A stretch of DNA of 64,000 nucleotides, taken from an uncultured delta proteobacterium. GTDB taxonomy: Bacteria > Desulfobacterota > Desulfobaccia > Desulfobaccales > 0-14-0-80-60-11. The first letter of the stretch is position 1. Every line of letters starts with the position of its first letter. The notes under the pieces were generated by a model. The model worked only from the letters and a program-made list of their open reading frames with translations, ran no database searches and was not told the origin of the DNA. The translations under genes and the position numbers were made by a program. Of the stretch, positions 11,059 to 20,529 are shown piece after piece. Location: assembly GCA_963812015.1 (NCBI GenBank), contig CAWETI010000002.1, positions 1,088,001-1,152,000 on the forward strand, in the 5' to 3' direction.

Positions 11059-11646
11059 CTAAGCTTCGGGCTGGCCGCCATACAAGACCATCTGGCAGGC
11101 GGGGCAGCGCACCTCTCCCCCCAGGGCGCCGATGATGGCGTCTAAAAAGGCCGGCAAGTCGCTGGGCTGACGGGCCGTGATGAGGTTGCCATCCACCACC
11201 ACTTCGGCATCTTTGTAGGTGGCCCCGGCATGGACCAGGTCATCTTTGATGGCAGAAAAGCAGGTGACGGTTTTCCCGGCCACCACTTCGGCGGAGGCCA
11301 ACATCCAGGGCCCGTGGCAAATGGCGGCGACGATCTTGCCGTGACGGGCCATCTCCCGGATGAAGGCCACCATGGCGGGATGACGGCGCATGCGGTCCGG
11401 GGCGTAACCCCCCGGCACCACCACCGCCTGGAACTGCTCCACGTCCACCTCCCGGATGGCTTTATCCACGGTGACGGGGTAACCGTACTTGCCGTGATGC
11501 ACCCTGGCCTCGCCGGAGCCCACCACCACAACCTCGGACCCCTCTTCCTTCAGCCGCAGCAGGGGATACCACAGTTCCAGGTCTTCATAGAGATCCTCGG
11601 CAAAAATCGCCACGCGTTTGCCCTTCAAGCGCTTGTCCAATGGCAT
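11059..11646 (-). CDS. PfpI/DJ-1 family type 1 glutamine amidotransferase-like protein
   Basis: YEDLEL, VVPGG, AICHGPW nucleophile elbow, VVVDGNLITAR. Confidence 0.92.
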   Translation of the reverse strand: MPLDKRLKGKRVAIFAEDLYEDLELWYPLLRLKEEGSEVVVVGSGEARVHHGKYGYPVTVDKAIREVDVEQFQAVVVPGGYAPDRMRRHPAMVAFIREMARHGKIVAAICHGPWMLASAEVVAGKTVTCFSAIKDDLVHAGATYKDAEVVVDGNLITARQPSDLPAFLDAIIGALGGEVRCPACQMVLYGGQPEA

Positions 11647-12282
11647 GTGCGATACCTCCTTGAACAGGAAAATCTAGAAAAAAGATAAGGGCAGCCGCGG
11701 GCCGGCGCAAGGTAAAGACGAAAACGCAGATGATTTTGCCTCTTTAAGGGGGTTATTTCACTACCCCTGTACCGCTTCAGGAAAAACAAGCGGGATATTT
11801 ACTGCTAAGTTGCTGATTTGTAATGGTGATTATCGGCGCCGGAACGGAACGCCACCACGAGGGCGCCGCTGACGAACCGCGGGTGTACCGCGCCGGTGCC
11901 GCTGGAAAAGGCGCGAAAACCGCAGCCGAAAAAATTGTTCCCTACAGTGACGGAGTTCGGTGCGCATGGGTCTCACTTTAAGGGAAGGGAGAAAGATTGC
12001 CAGAACAGGGGCAACGATTGACCGGGTTTATTAAGGCGGCCGCAGGGGAGGTGGAGGCGTCAAAGGCTGCGGATTATTTTTATTCGGGCAGATGCCGACT
12101 CATGAGGATATGCCGATCATATCGGCAACTCTTTGATATTTTAGAGATTTGTTGATAGTGGCAAGATAGCCGCTATTCTTGCACATCTATAATTGAGCGA
12201 AGGGTTGTGAAGGCTTTTACAGTAACTTTTGTATTATATTTAGTAGGGATAGCTTGATTTTCTTGGAGGTGGCGGACAACTT

Positions 12283-12317
12283 CAAGGGGCATTCTGGTTC
12301 AAACAGAATGCCCCTTG
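12283..12317. terminator. Perfect 14-bp stem hairpin downstream of 12382-12642
   Basis: CAAGGGGCATTCTG (12283-12296) / CAGAATGCCCCTTG (12304-12317); no clear U-tract. Confidence 0.45.
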
Positions 12318-12381
12318 CCGTTATAGCCATCGAAGTGTTAGTCCGGGTCCTCTGTGAAGAGAGTCTGCAAAGAGAGATGGA

Positions 12382-12642
12382 CTAGTGTCCGGCAAATCGG
12401 ATTCCTTCCCGCACCTGGTTGATGGCCTGGTCGATAAACTGAATGGCTCGTTCTCTATGGCCCCCTTTATTCGGGGTCGCTTTTTCCAACGCGACCTTGG
12501 CGGCCTGGAGATGATGCAGAGCATTATCCATGTGTGGTTGATTGCCATACGCCAGGGGGATGGCCGCACCGAGAAACAATCCAACCAGGAGAATAATCAC
12601 GTACGGGTACTTGTTGTTCTTCCGTGGGTGCATCGATTCCAT
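12382..12642 (-). CDS. Small exported helical hypothetical protein
   Basis: Signal peptide, then 'NQPHMDNALHHLQAAKVALEKATPNKGGHRERAI', a recurrent small secreted family; GGAG RBS. Confidence 0.75.
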   Translation of the reverse strand: MESMHPRKNNKYPYVIILLVGLFLGAAIPLAYGNQPHMDNALHHLQAAKVALEKATPNKGGHRERAIQFIDQAINQVREGIRFAGH

Positions 12643-13304
12643 TGGTAATCTCTCCCAAATAGTTTAGTTATTAATCAAAGTTACCACTTTTTCCTTCCGA
12701 GCCCAACAGACATAAAGTAATGAAGCACAAAAATTTCTTAAAATCAATTTTTTTATCCCCCCGGCCAGATTAATGCTGACGCACGACCAAAACCCCGGGG
12801 AAGACGCTGGCGGCGTGGTGCCCGGGAGGAATTAGGGTCAGGGTCTGGGGTTATCGTTATACCTGGGAGCTCTCATGCGTCAATAGAGATATCCTGGAGC
12901 TGGGCCTGTCGATCCCCTATTTCGATATGTGGATCATATTGCTAATTTTTTGAAGTTTTTGGAAAGTTTTGGTTTTGGCAAGGTATATGGCACCTAGCGA
13001 AGTGCACAAGTTCTTCAAAATAGCTATTGTGATGGGAGGCTCATGAAGGGATCTGTGAGGGCGTGGGAGTGAGATTCCTCCGGTCTAGCCGGCGTCGTCC
13101 CGATATTAGTGGAGAAGCCCAAACTGAATACTTGACTATACTTTTTTGCAACCTAACTTTAACGTATCTATCACCTCATCCCTGGGAAAAAGGGGGAGGT
13201 GGCCCGGCAATTTAATTCTCCCATTGGCGAGGAGTATCGCTCTTGGCAACTACAACCTCTTTCCTGGCTATAAATACTTGGTCGCCGATTAACGAGGAGG
13301 CAGA

Positions 13305-14159
13305 ATGAGCAAACGAATCTTGGCAGGACTGGTTTGTTTGGCGTTTTGGGCACTGACGGGTAGCGCCCTGTCCCAGGAGCAACAGCAAAAGCCGCAGGCC
13401 CCACCGCCGGCAGCCCCTCAGGCCGAAAAGGCGCCGGCGCCGGCACCGGCACCTGATCCCCTCCAAATTGCCCAAAAGATGTGCGATTTCCTTAAATCTC
13501 AACAGCAATTTACTTACAAAGCCGAGGTCGCCGTCGACGAGGTGTATTACGGCAGCAAAAAAATTCAGTATGAGACTGGCCTGGAATTCTTTGTGAAGCG
13601 GCCCGACCAGCTCAGGGTCAATGCCGTGGGCGACCGGGTCGACAAGCAGTTCTACATCGACGGCAAGACCATCACCCTGTACGACAAAGACCATAACGTC
13701 TACGGCACCCTGGAGGTCCCTCCCGATCTCGAAAGCGCCCTGGAAAAGGCCCATAAGGAATTTGGGATCCGGGTTTCCTTGAGCGACCTGGCCAGCCCTG
13801 ATCTTTGGGAATTAATGGAAAAACACATCAAACACTCCCTTTATGTGGGCAAGTCCAGGATCCGCGGGGTTCTCTGCCACCACCTGTCCTTCGATGGGGA
13901 AAATGTCCAGTTCCAGCAGTGGATCGATGCCGGGGAACAACCCCTCCTCCGAAAGATCGTGATCACCTATAAGAAATTGCCCGATTCTCCCCAATGGACC
14001 GCGTACATCAGCGACTGGAATTTCTCCCCCCAGCTTAATGCCAACCTGTTTGCCTTTACTCCCCCTCCGGGGGCCGAAAAGATCAAGTTTGTCCCGGTTG
14101 CGCCCAGCCAGGCCCCGAAACCGGAACCAGGGATGAAAAAGGAAGGAGGCAAATCATGA
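13305..14159 (+). CDS. DUF2092 periplasmic protein (LolA-like fold)
   Basis: Signal peptide; 'VKRPDQLRV', 'FYIDGKTITLYD', 'CHHLSF', 'FAFTPPPGAEKI'. Confidence 0.85.
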   Translation: MSKRILAGLVCLAFWALTGSALSQEQQQKPQAPPPAAPQAEKAPAPAPAPDPLQIAQKMCDFLKSQQQFTYKAEVAVDEVYYGSKKIQYETGLEFFVKRPDQLRVNAVGDRVDKQFYIDGKTITLYDKDHNVYGTLEVPPDLESALEKAHKEFGIRVSLSDLASPDLWELMEKHIKHSLYVGKSRIRGVLCHHLSFDGENVQFQQWIDAGEQPLLRKIVITYKKLPDSPQWTAYISDWNFSPQLNANLFAFTPPPGAEKIKFVPVAPSQAPKPEPGMKKEGGKS

Positions 14160-14725
14160 AGCTGAGAAAACTCAGGTCTCCTATTTGGAGCCTTTTCGCA
14201 GTGGCGTTAGTATTGACTTTGCCCTTTGTGAGCTCGGCGGCTGGGCCAAAGGGGGGAGGCGGCGGAGGCGGGCATCCCGCGGGCGGTGGTCATGCCGCCG
14301 CCGCCCCTCATGGCGGCGGTTTTAGCGGCGGCAGCTTCCGCCCGGCGCCGGCCCCCCGCGCAGTGCCAGCCCCCCGGGGCGGCGCAGTGGCGAGAGGACC
14401 CCGGGGAGGTACGGCCGTCCGAGGCCCCTCTGGCGGCGCGGCTGTTAAAGGATCCCGTGGAGCCTACGGTGGCGGCTATCCTGGTGGAGGTTATGGCGAG
14501 GCCTGGGCCCCCTATTATGGTCCGGAGTATGGCGGGGGAGGGGGACTCGCCGCCGCGATTATCGCCGCTTTGGCGATTGGCACAATTCTGGAGGCTTTGC
14601 CCTCCGGGGCCTCCCCCCAGGTATATGGGGGTCAGACCTACTACTATGACGGCAGCAACTATTATCAGGCCTGCTATCAGGGTACTGACCTTAATTACTG
14701 CGTGGTCCCGCCTCCCGGCGGGTGA
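14156..14725 (+). CDS. Gly-rich exported protein with C-terminal Tyr-rich domain
   Basis: Signal peptide, RGPRGG repeats, C-terminal 'YGGQTYYYDGSNYYQ...YCVVPPP'; ATGA overlap with the DUF2092 gene. Confidence 0.75.
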   Translation: MKLRKLRSPIWSLFAVALVLTLPFVSSAAGPKGGGGGGGHPAGGGHAAAAPHGGGFSGGSFRPAPAPRAVPAPRGGAVARGPRGGTAVRGPSGGAAVKGSRGAYGGGYPGGGYGEAWAPYYGPEYGGGGGLAAAIIAALAIGTILEALPSGASPQVYGGQTYYYDGSNYYQACYQGTDLNYCVVPPPGG

Positions 14726-14877
14726 GACTCTTGAGGATAAAGCGGACCGGGAAGGCTAAGCGCTCACTTTATTCGGTTTTGGTGCTGGCCCTGGGCCTGT
14801 TATTGGCCTGGGGCCAGGATCATGGGTTTGACACCACTGAGAATGAGGAATCAGAATGGCCTGCCCCCCAAAACTGA
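14722..14877 (+). pseudogene. Truncated third gene of the DUF2092 operon (signal peptide only)
   Basis: GTGA overlap with the previous stop; MRLLRIKRTGKAKRSLYSVLVLALGLLLAWGQ runs into an IS-like end. Confidence 0.45.
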
Positions 14878-14948
14878 TCCACAAGTTATGTTAGAGTGGG
14901 GTACCGATGGAGATGAAACAAAAGAGGTTTACCAGGGGAGAGATCATG
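14857..14948 (+). mobile_element. IS3-family (IS407-group-like) left-end relic
   Basis: TGGCCTGCCCCCCAAAACTG resembles IS407-group IRs; ATG at 14913 gives MKQKRFTRGEI, resembling the OrfA start MKKxRFTEEQI; the rest is absent. Confidence 0.5.
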
Positions 14949-15451
14949 GAAAGGCGCGCTAAACCATTGTGGCGATAACTGCTATTAATGCGCTCATCAA
15001 GAGGGTCTGGAAGTATTTCACTATCCAGATCATAGCTGCAACTTTTCCGGGAGGGGATAATTGCCTGGTTTGGCAAGATATTCGCTTATCCTGGCTTTTC
15101 TCTGAAAATAGCAAAATACCCGCTCCACCAACTAAATAGGCTGAGAGCGGAGTCGATGCCTCCATGCGACGTAATAGGTTCATTTCTCCTCGCCTTTCTT
15201 TTCTCATCATTATCGGCCGGTGCTATTCTGGGTTATGGGGCTGGAAATCATATCTGGACTAATTTTCTCTAGCGTCTAAAACCCGCAAGGAGAGATTTTG
15301 GGAAAGTTTCCTGATATCATGTTCCTCACAACTGGGGTTACTTTCGCAAGGAGGATGGTTGCGAAGTTCGAAAAATAGTTCAGATCACCTAAGTTAAGGT
15401 AGCCATCGCCTGGTTGCCGCCGACTGTCGGTTAGTGAGGAGTTTTAAAGCT

Positions 15452-17074
15452 ATGCGGGCTTTGTTGGTATGTCCCGAGTTTCCCCTGTCCTTCTTCAGTT
15501 TCCGAAATGCTGTGCGGGTCCAGGGGGCGAAAAGTTCTTTTCCACCTTTGGGGCTGCTGACGGTGGCAGCCTTGCTGCCCACTGAATGGGAACTGCGTCT
15601 GGCCGATCTCAACACCAGCAGGCTGACGGAGCAAGATTGGCAGTGGGCCGATCTGATTATGCTATCGTCTATGTTCATTCAGCGGGAAGGCTTGTTAGCC
15701 CTGATACAAGAAGCCAAACGCCGGGGCAAGACCGTGGTCGCCGGAGGGCCTTACCCCACTTCGCTTCCTGAGGAAGCCCTGGCGGCAGGCTGTGATTTCG
15801 TGGTGCGGGGCGAGGGCGAGAATACGATTCCCTTGCTTCTGGCGGCGATGCGCGACGGCAAGACCGGGGTGATCGAAAACTCCGAAAAACCGGACCTGAC
15901 TGCTTCAGCGATCCCGCGCTTTGATTTGCTGCGATTGCACGATTACGCAGGCTTATCAATTCAGACTTCCCGGGGATGCCCGTTTGACTGCGAATTTTGC
16001 GATGTGGTGAATCTTTTCGGACGCATACCCCGTTACAAGACCCCCAAGCAGGTCATCGCAGAATTGGAGACCCTCTACCGGCTGGGGGCCTCCGGAGAAG
16101 TGTTCATTTGCGATGACAACTTCATCGGGGACAAGAAGCATGCCCGGGCCATCCTGCAAGAACTCACCTCCTGGATGAAGAGTCGAGGCGCCCCCTTCAC
16201 CTTTGTGACGGAAGTATCGGTGAATCTGGGGCAGGATTTGGCTCTGGTGGATCGCATGACCGCAAACAACCTGGGGCGAGTCGTTATCGGGATCGAGTCT
16301 CCGGATGAAAAGGTGCTCGAAACCAGCCGTAAATATCACAATATTAAGAATCCTCTGGTAGAATCGGTCAACAACCTCAAGAAGAATGGGATGACGGTGA
16401 TGGGCAGCTTCATCCTCGGGCTTGACGGGGAAACGGCAGGGGCCGGCAGGCGAATCTGCTTTTTCATCGAACAGGCTGACATCCCAATAAATATGCTGGG
16501 GCTCTTGCAGGCCCCGGCGCATACCCGCCTGTGGCAACGCCTGGAACGGGAAGGGCGGCTGCGGCGGGATATCGGTCACGACGGGGGCACCTTCTCGCCG
16601 CTGAATTACGACCCGGATCGACCGGAAGCCGAGATCATGCAGGAGTACATCGATGCCTGGGATTATCTTTATGAGCCGTCCCGTTATCTGGCCAGGACCT
16701 ATCGCTACTACCTGGCCATGCGGCCCACGCGCCTGGCCATGGCTATCGCCAAAGGGGCCCCCCGGCCACCCGACAGCCTCCCCGCCTACAAGAAGACTTG
16801 GCGCACTAGTTTCTATGAAATCCGGGCCTTGCTGATGATCCTGTGGCGGCAAGGGATACGTCCATCGTACCGGCGCCAGTTTTGGACCCAGTTGATCGGC
16901 ATGTGGAAACAAAACCCTAGCCGCTTGGTCAATTATCTGACGGACTGCAGCACGGGCGAGGACTTCTTCATCCTGAGAAAAATTGTGCGGGAAAAAATTA
17001 CCGCGATCATGATGCAGCGGGGCCTCGAGGTTACCAGGGGAACTCAGCGCCGGGGGGCGTCTTCGGGAATTTGA
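15452..17074 (+). CDS. B12-binding domain radical SAM protein (DUF4070-type C-terminus)
   Basis: PPLGLLTVAA, VAGGPYPT, SRGCPFDCEFC (CxxxCxxC), DDNF, GIES. Confidence 0.9.
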   Translation: MRALLVCPEFPLSFFSFRNAVRVQGAKSSFPPLGLLTVAALLPTEWELRLADLNTSRLTEQDWQWADLIMLSSMFIQREGLLALIQEAKRRGKTVVAGGPYPTSLPEEALAAGCDFVVRGEGENTIPLLLAAMRDGKTGVIENSEKPDLTASAIPRFDLLRLHDYAGLSIQTSRGCPFDCEFCDVVNLFGRIPRYKTPKQVIAELETLYRLGASGEVFICDDNFIGDKKHARAILQELTSWMKSRGAPFTFVTEVSVNLGQDLALVDRMTANNLGRVVIGIESPDEKVLETSRKYHNIKNPLVESVNNLKKNGMTVMGSFILGLDGETAGAGRRICFFIEQADIPINMLGLLQAPAHTRLWQRLEREGRLRRDIGHDGGTFSPLNYDPDRPEAEIMQEYIDAWDYLYEPSRYLARTYRYYLAMRPTRLAMAIAKGAPRPPDSLPAYKKTWRTSFYEIRALLMILWRQGIRPSYRRQFWTQLIGMWKQNPSRLVNYLTDCSTGEDFFILRKIVREKITAIMMQRGLEVTRGTQRRGASSGI

Positions 17075-17589
17075 TCGCCGGGCCGCTCTATGATGGGAAG
17101 AGTGGCCGGTGATAGAGCAAGGAAAATCGGCTAAGCATTTCTACGACTATCTGCTATGTATACGCCCTTTTGGGTACTCCCAAAACGCTTTGATACTTTA
17201 TCCATATGTGCTCTCTGTTGGCTGGCCCCGCCGTCGTTTTTCGGCTGCCGTTGTCCCTACGACCGTGGGGGTAAAGTTTCCACGGTTATCGCGCCCAGAG
17301 CGCAGGCGTACCATCAGGGTCAACGGTCCTGGAGGGTAGGTTCGTCTCCCTCGGCCCGTCGCGGCCATGTGGGGACCGCCGCCGCCTGCACCGATGGCCC
17401 GGTCACCCATCGACTCCGAATCCCCGACCCAACCCGGCAGGGCGTGTTCACGACCTGTCTAAAGGCCAGGCTGAGGCGATGAGAGCCCGCCCTTGAGATG
17501 ATCACCCGCCCCCTGGCCGGGTTGCACCACCTTCCCCTTGGTCGGTAAGTTTCGACGACGCGGGGGCCGTGTCCTGGCCTTATTGATGC

Positions 17590-18060
17590 CAACCCAGCAC
17601 CCCGTCACCTGGAGCTCTGCTGTACCCAGCCCCCGGCCCCTACGCCCAGCACCCCACGTCCACACACCCACGCATGGAGCGCCTCCCCCGCTCCCCAGCA
17701 CCCTGCCGCTTCGCCACGGCCAGCCTCGCTACGGGGGGGGGCCGCAGGCCAGCCGCCGCCCGCCGCGCCCCGCTCCTCCCCCCGGTCCTTGCCTGAAGGA
17801 TTCCCGGCCCGGAAACCCAATGTCGGGGACTCACGGTACCCCCCCTGCATTTCAAAGGTGGTACGGAAATTTTTTCAACAATATAGCTGGTTAATGATTA
17901 AACAAGGGTGAAGGTCACAAGGCAGATTTCATGTGGTTGTGGTGGAGAATTTTTTCATCTGCGATGATCCACCCTGTGGTGGCCCCCCCCTTTATGGGAC
18001 TCATGGCAAAAAATTTTTACGCAAAAATCCGGCCGGGGTACATGGTCATTAAGATGCGAT
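17590..18060 (+). other. Non-coding C-rich/A-tract module (copy A)
   Basis: C-rich low-complexity tract followed by A/T tracts; shares motifs with 30240-30900 in inverted orientation. Confidence 0.55.
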
Positions 18061-18685
18061 TTCTGGCCCTACATGAGGTACCCCTACCCAAACTTGGCCA
18101 CCCCTAATCGTAGCTTCCTGGCCCCCAGGATGGCCGTCAGCCCCGTGCTCATCAACTTCTTTTCATGGGCCGGGGAAGGCTTTTGGGCTGGCCGGGGAAT
18201 AGATGATCTGGCGCAACATTCCAACAGGCCGCGGCTTTTCACCGAGAAATTATCCATAATGAATTTGGAGGTAACCCAAGAGTTCCTGGCGGGATCAACA
18301 TGCAGCTATCGGAAGAATATCAAAACATTTTTATTTGGTATGGAGTAGCGGAAATATAGCAGTTAGCGACACCTCGTATGGTTGCGCAAGGACAAAGGAG
18401 ACTCCAGAATTTCCTATGCCTACATTATCCGAGAGGCTTTTTCCTCCAGAAAGTAATCTGTAAAGAGATATTACATACTGTAATTTTATCTGACATATTT
18501 TTAGATGGTATAAAATTGGTATCCATAACTCATTGATATCTAAATGGGTTTCAATTAATATAAAAATGCTGGTTAGGCGCAGTTTATGCATAATAACCCA
18601 CCTATATGTTAACCAGTGCATTTTTTGGTATAGTCAGGACCTCTGCCCAACCTACTGAAACAAGAACCACTAGGACTAAGCTGAA

Positions 18686-20116
18686 ATGCACCATCTGGAA
18701 AACCGCGCCAAGAAATTCGATAACGCCATGGCCTACGCCACCTTGATTTGTCGCCGCTTCTTTAACGCCTTTTTCGTTCTCCTGCTCCTGGCCGGGATGG
18801 CAGTCGCGGACCAGCCCACACCTGACGCCAACCCATTAACCCATACGATCACCACCAACCCCCAGGTAAACCCCTTTCTCAATGGGTGGGGGAAACTGGG
18901 ACTCTTGCTGGGACTGAGCGAGGAGTCCGGAATACGTCTGGGCGGCATTTTTATTCCCCAGCTCAACTGGACGGTCTCCGGCGGGGTCAGGCCGCACTCG
19001 GTGTTCGGCGGTTTGCTGCTGGGACTTAATCTGGGGGTTGACATGCAAAAGGCCCTCAGTATTCCCGGTGGCACCTTCGGCATCGAATTCCTAGAATACA
19101 CCGGGGGTTCGACCAACCCTGCGGCCGGTTCCGTCCAGCAATATGATGGCTTGAACGGGCCGTCGCCCCGAGCTCGCCAGGAGCTTATGCAATTGTGGTG
19201 GCACCAGCGCTTGTTTGATGACAAGTTGATCTTCCAATTTGGCAAGATGAACGCCGCGGGCAGCTTTGGTGCAGTTCTGGCGCCAGTCGCGATCAGCGAC
19301 CCCAAGCTTCAGGATATCGACATCAGCGTCCTCCTGTGGTCGCCGTCGGGCATCAACCCGACCATGTTTGGCAGGCTGCCGATTTATCCCAACACGGCTT
19401 ACGGGGCAGCGGTGCATTTTGCCCCCACCAAGAACCTATATGCTTCCTACGGAATTTTCGATGGCAACGCCGCGCAAGGCAAACAGACTGGGGTGATATT
19501 GGGACCGCGCATCAACAGCTACAAATTCAATGTTGGCGAGTTAGGGGTTACCTGGCTCCTCGGCGCAGAGGACAAGCCCGGCAGGTTCGGGATTGGGGGC
19601 TGGGTGCAAACCGGGGAGCTTTTAACGACCTATCTCACCAAGCAAAACGGCGCTACGGGCTATTATCTGTTTGCTAATCAGCGACTCTGGTACCGACATC
19701 CGGACAGCGACAACTCCGGACTCGTTGGCTTCCTGCAATTCGGCCACACCAGTGACAATGCGGCTATGGCCAATACTTATTTTGGTGCCGGTCTGACCGG
19801 CGTTGGCTTGGTGCCCGTACTGCCCAACAATAGGATAAGCATCGGTATGGCGTGGTCTCAACTGAACGACTCGCCTTTTGCGGGTGCCTTCTTCTTTCCC
19901 AGCGTGCCGTCGGATTCAACCAGACTAAGAGCGAGCGAATTAATGCTTCAGGTCGCCCTTCAGACGACATTCGTCTTCCCGCTGCCAAAGGGTTTCTGGA
20001 CCCCCACTGCGCCCCTCACTGCGGTGGCCGCTTACACCTGTATCCCCACCCCGGGGGAGCGTCCGGACCTCCCTGCGGCCCACATGCTGACGGTTCGACT
20101 TGTCTCAATGTTCTAA
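18686..20116 (+). CDS. Carbohydrate-selective porin, OprB family
   Basis: Signal peptide, 'QLWWHQRLFDDKL..QFGK', amphipathic beta strands, C-terminal Phe. Confidence 0.8.
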   Translation: MHHLENRAKKFDNAMAYATLICRRFFNAFFVLLLLAGMAVADQPTPDANPLTHTITTNPQVNPFLNGWGKLGLLLGLSEESGIRLGGIFIPQLNWTVSGGVRPHSVFGGLLLGLNLGVDMQKALSIPGGTFGIEFLEYTGGSTNPAAGSVQQYDGLNGPSPRARQELMQLWWHQRLFDDKLIFQFGKMNAAGSFGAVLAPVAISDPKLQDIDISVLLWSPSGINPTMFGRLPIYPNTAYGAAVHFAPTKNLYASYGIFDGNAAQGKQTGVILGPRINSYKFNVGELGVTWLLGAEDKPGRFGIGGWVQTGELLTTYLTKQNGATGYYLFANQRLWYRHPDSDNSGLVGFLQFGHTSDNAAMANTYFGAGLTGVGLVPVLPNNRISIGMAWSQLNDSPFAGAFFFPSVPSDSTRLRASELMLQVALQTTFVFPLPKGFWTPTAPLTAVAAYTCIPTPGERPDLPAAHMLTVRLVSMF

Positions 20117-20529
20117 CGAGGCTTCTGTTCAGACCATCGAGGGGGTGCTGTTACCTTGGCGTTGCTGCCTGAATCAATCGAAAGAGGAATTTGTGCCCCC
20201 TTCCGGGACAAGGGCGGGCTGCCAATTTCCTGAGCAAAAGTCACTTTTGCCGGGCCGGTTCTCGCATAATGGTCGCGGCAGGGAAGGGAAGATCGTTACA
20301 TTTTGTCAAAAATGCTGACAGTGATGATAGTAAGAGAGGGTGAGTAAAACTGCTCGTTTCGGTTTCCGCCAGGCGTCAATTTTCTGGGGCCGAGTCGCAA
20401 AGGCCTCTGGCCCAAGAGTTGGCGCGGCCATTGGTCAGCTGTGGCAGTTTCCGACCGGACAATTCGTGTGGCCATGCAGCACTGGTTGCCTGACTGTACC
20501 ATCCTATATCTTTTTCGCAGGAGGGTAAA

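Noticed and set aside
11805..12275. Possible attL sites (…TGATTTGTAATGGTG; …TTGGAGGTGGCGG)
   Set aside because: Only 5-8 nt match a tRNA 3' end; too short to call, so the island's left boundary stays undefined.
14959..15210. 83-aa minus-strand ORF
   Set aside because: Has a possible RBS but no recognisable family and lies in a decayed region; insufficient support.
17109..18348. Short Pro/Arg/Gly-rich ORFs here and at 30130-31092
   Set aside because: Low-complexity translations of G/C tracts with no RBS or family signal.
20385..20460. c-di-GMP-I-like riboswitch (GTCGCAAAGGCC...)
   Set aside because: The GGCAAA/GNRA first hairpin is absent; resemblance is partial only.
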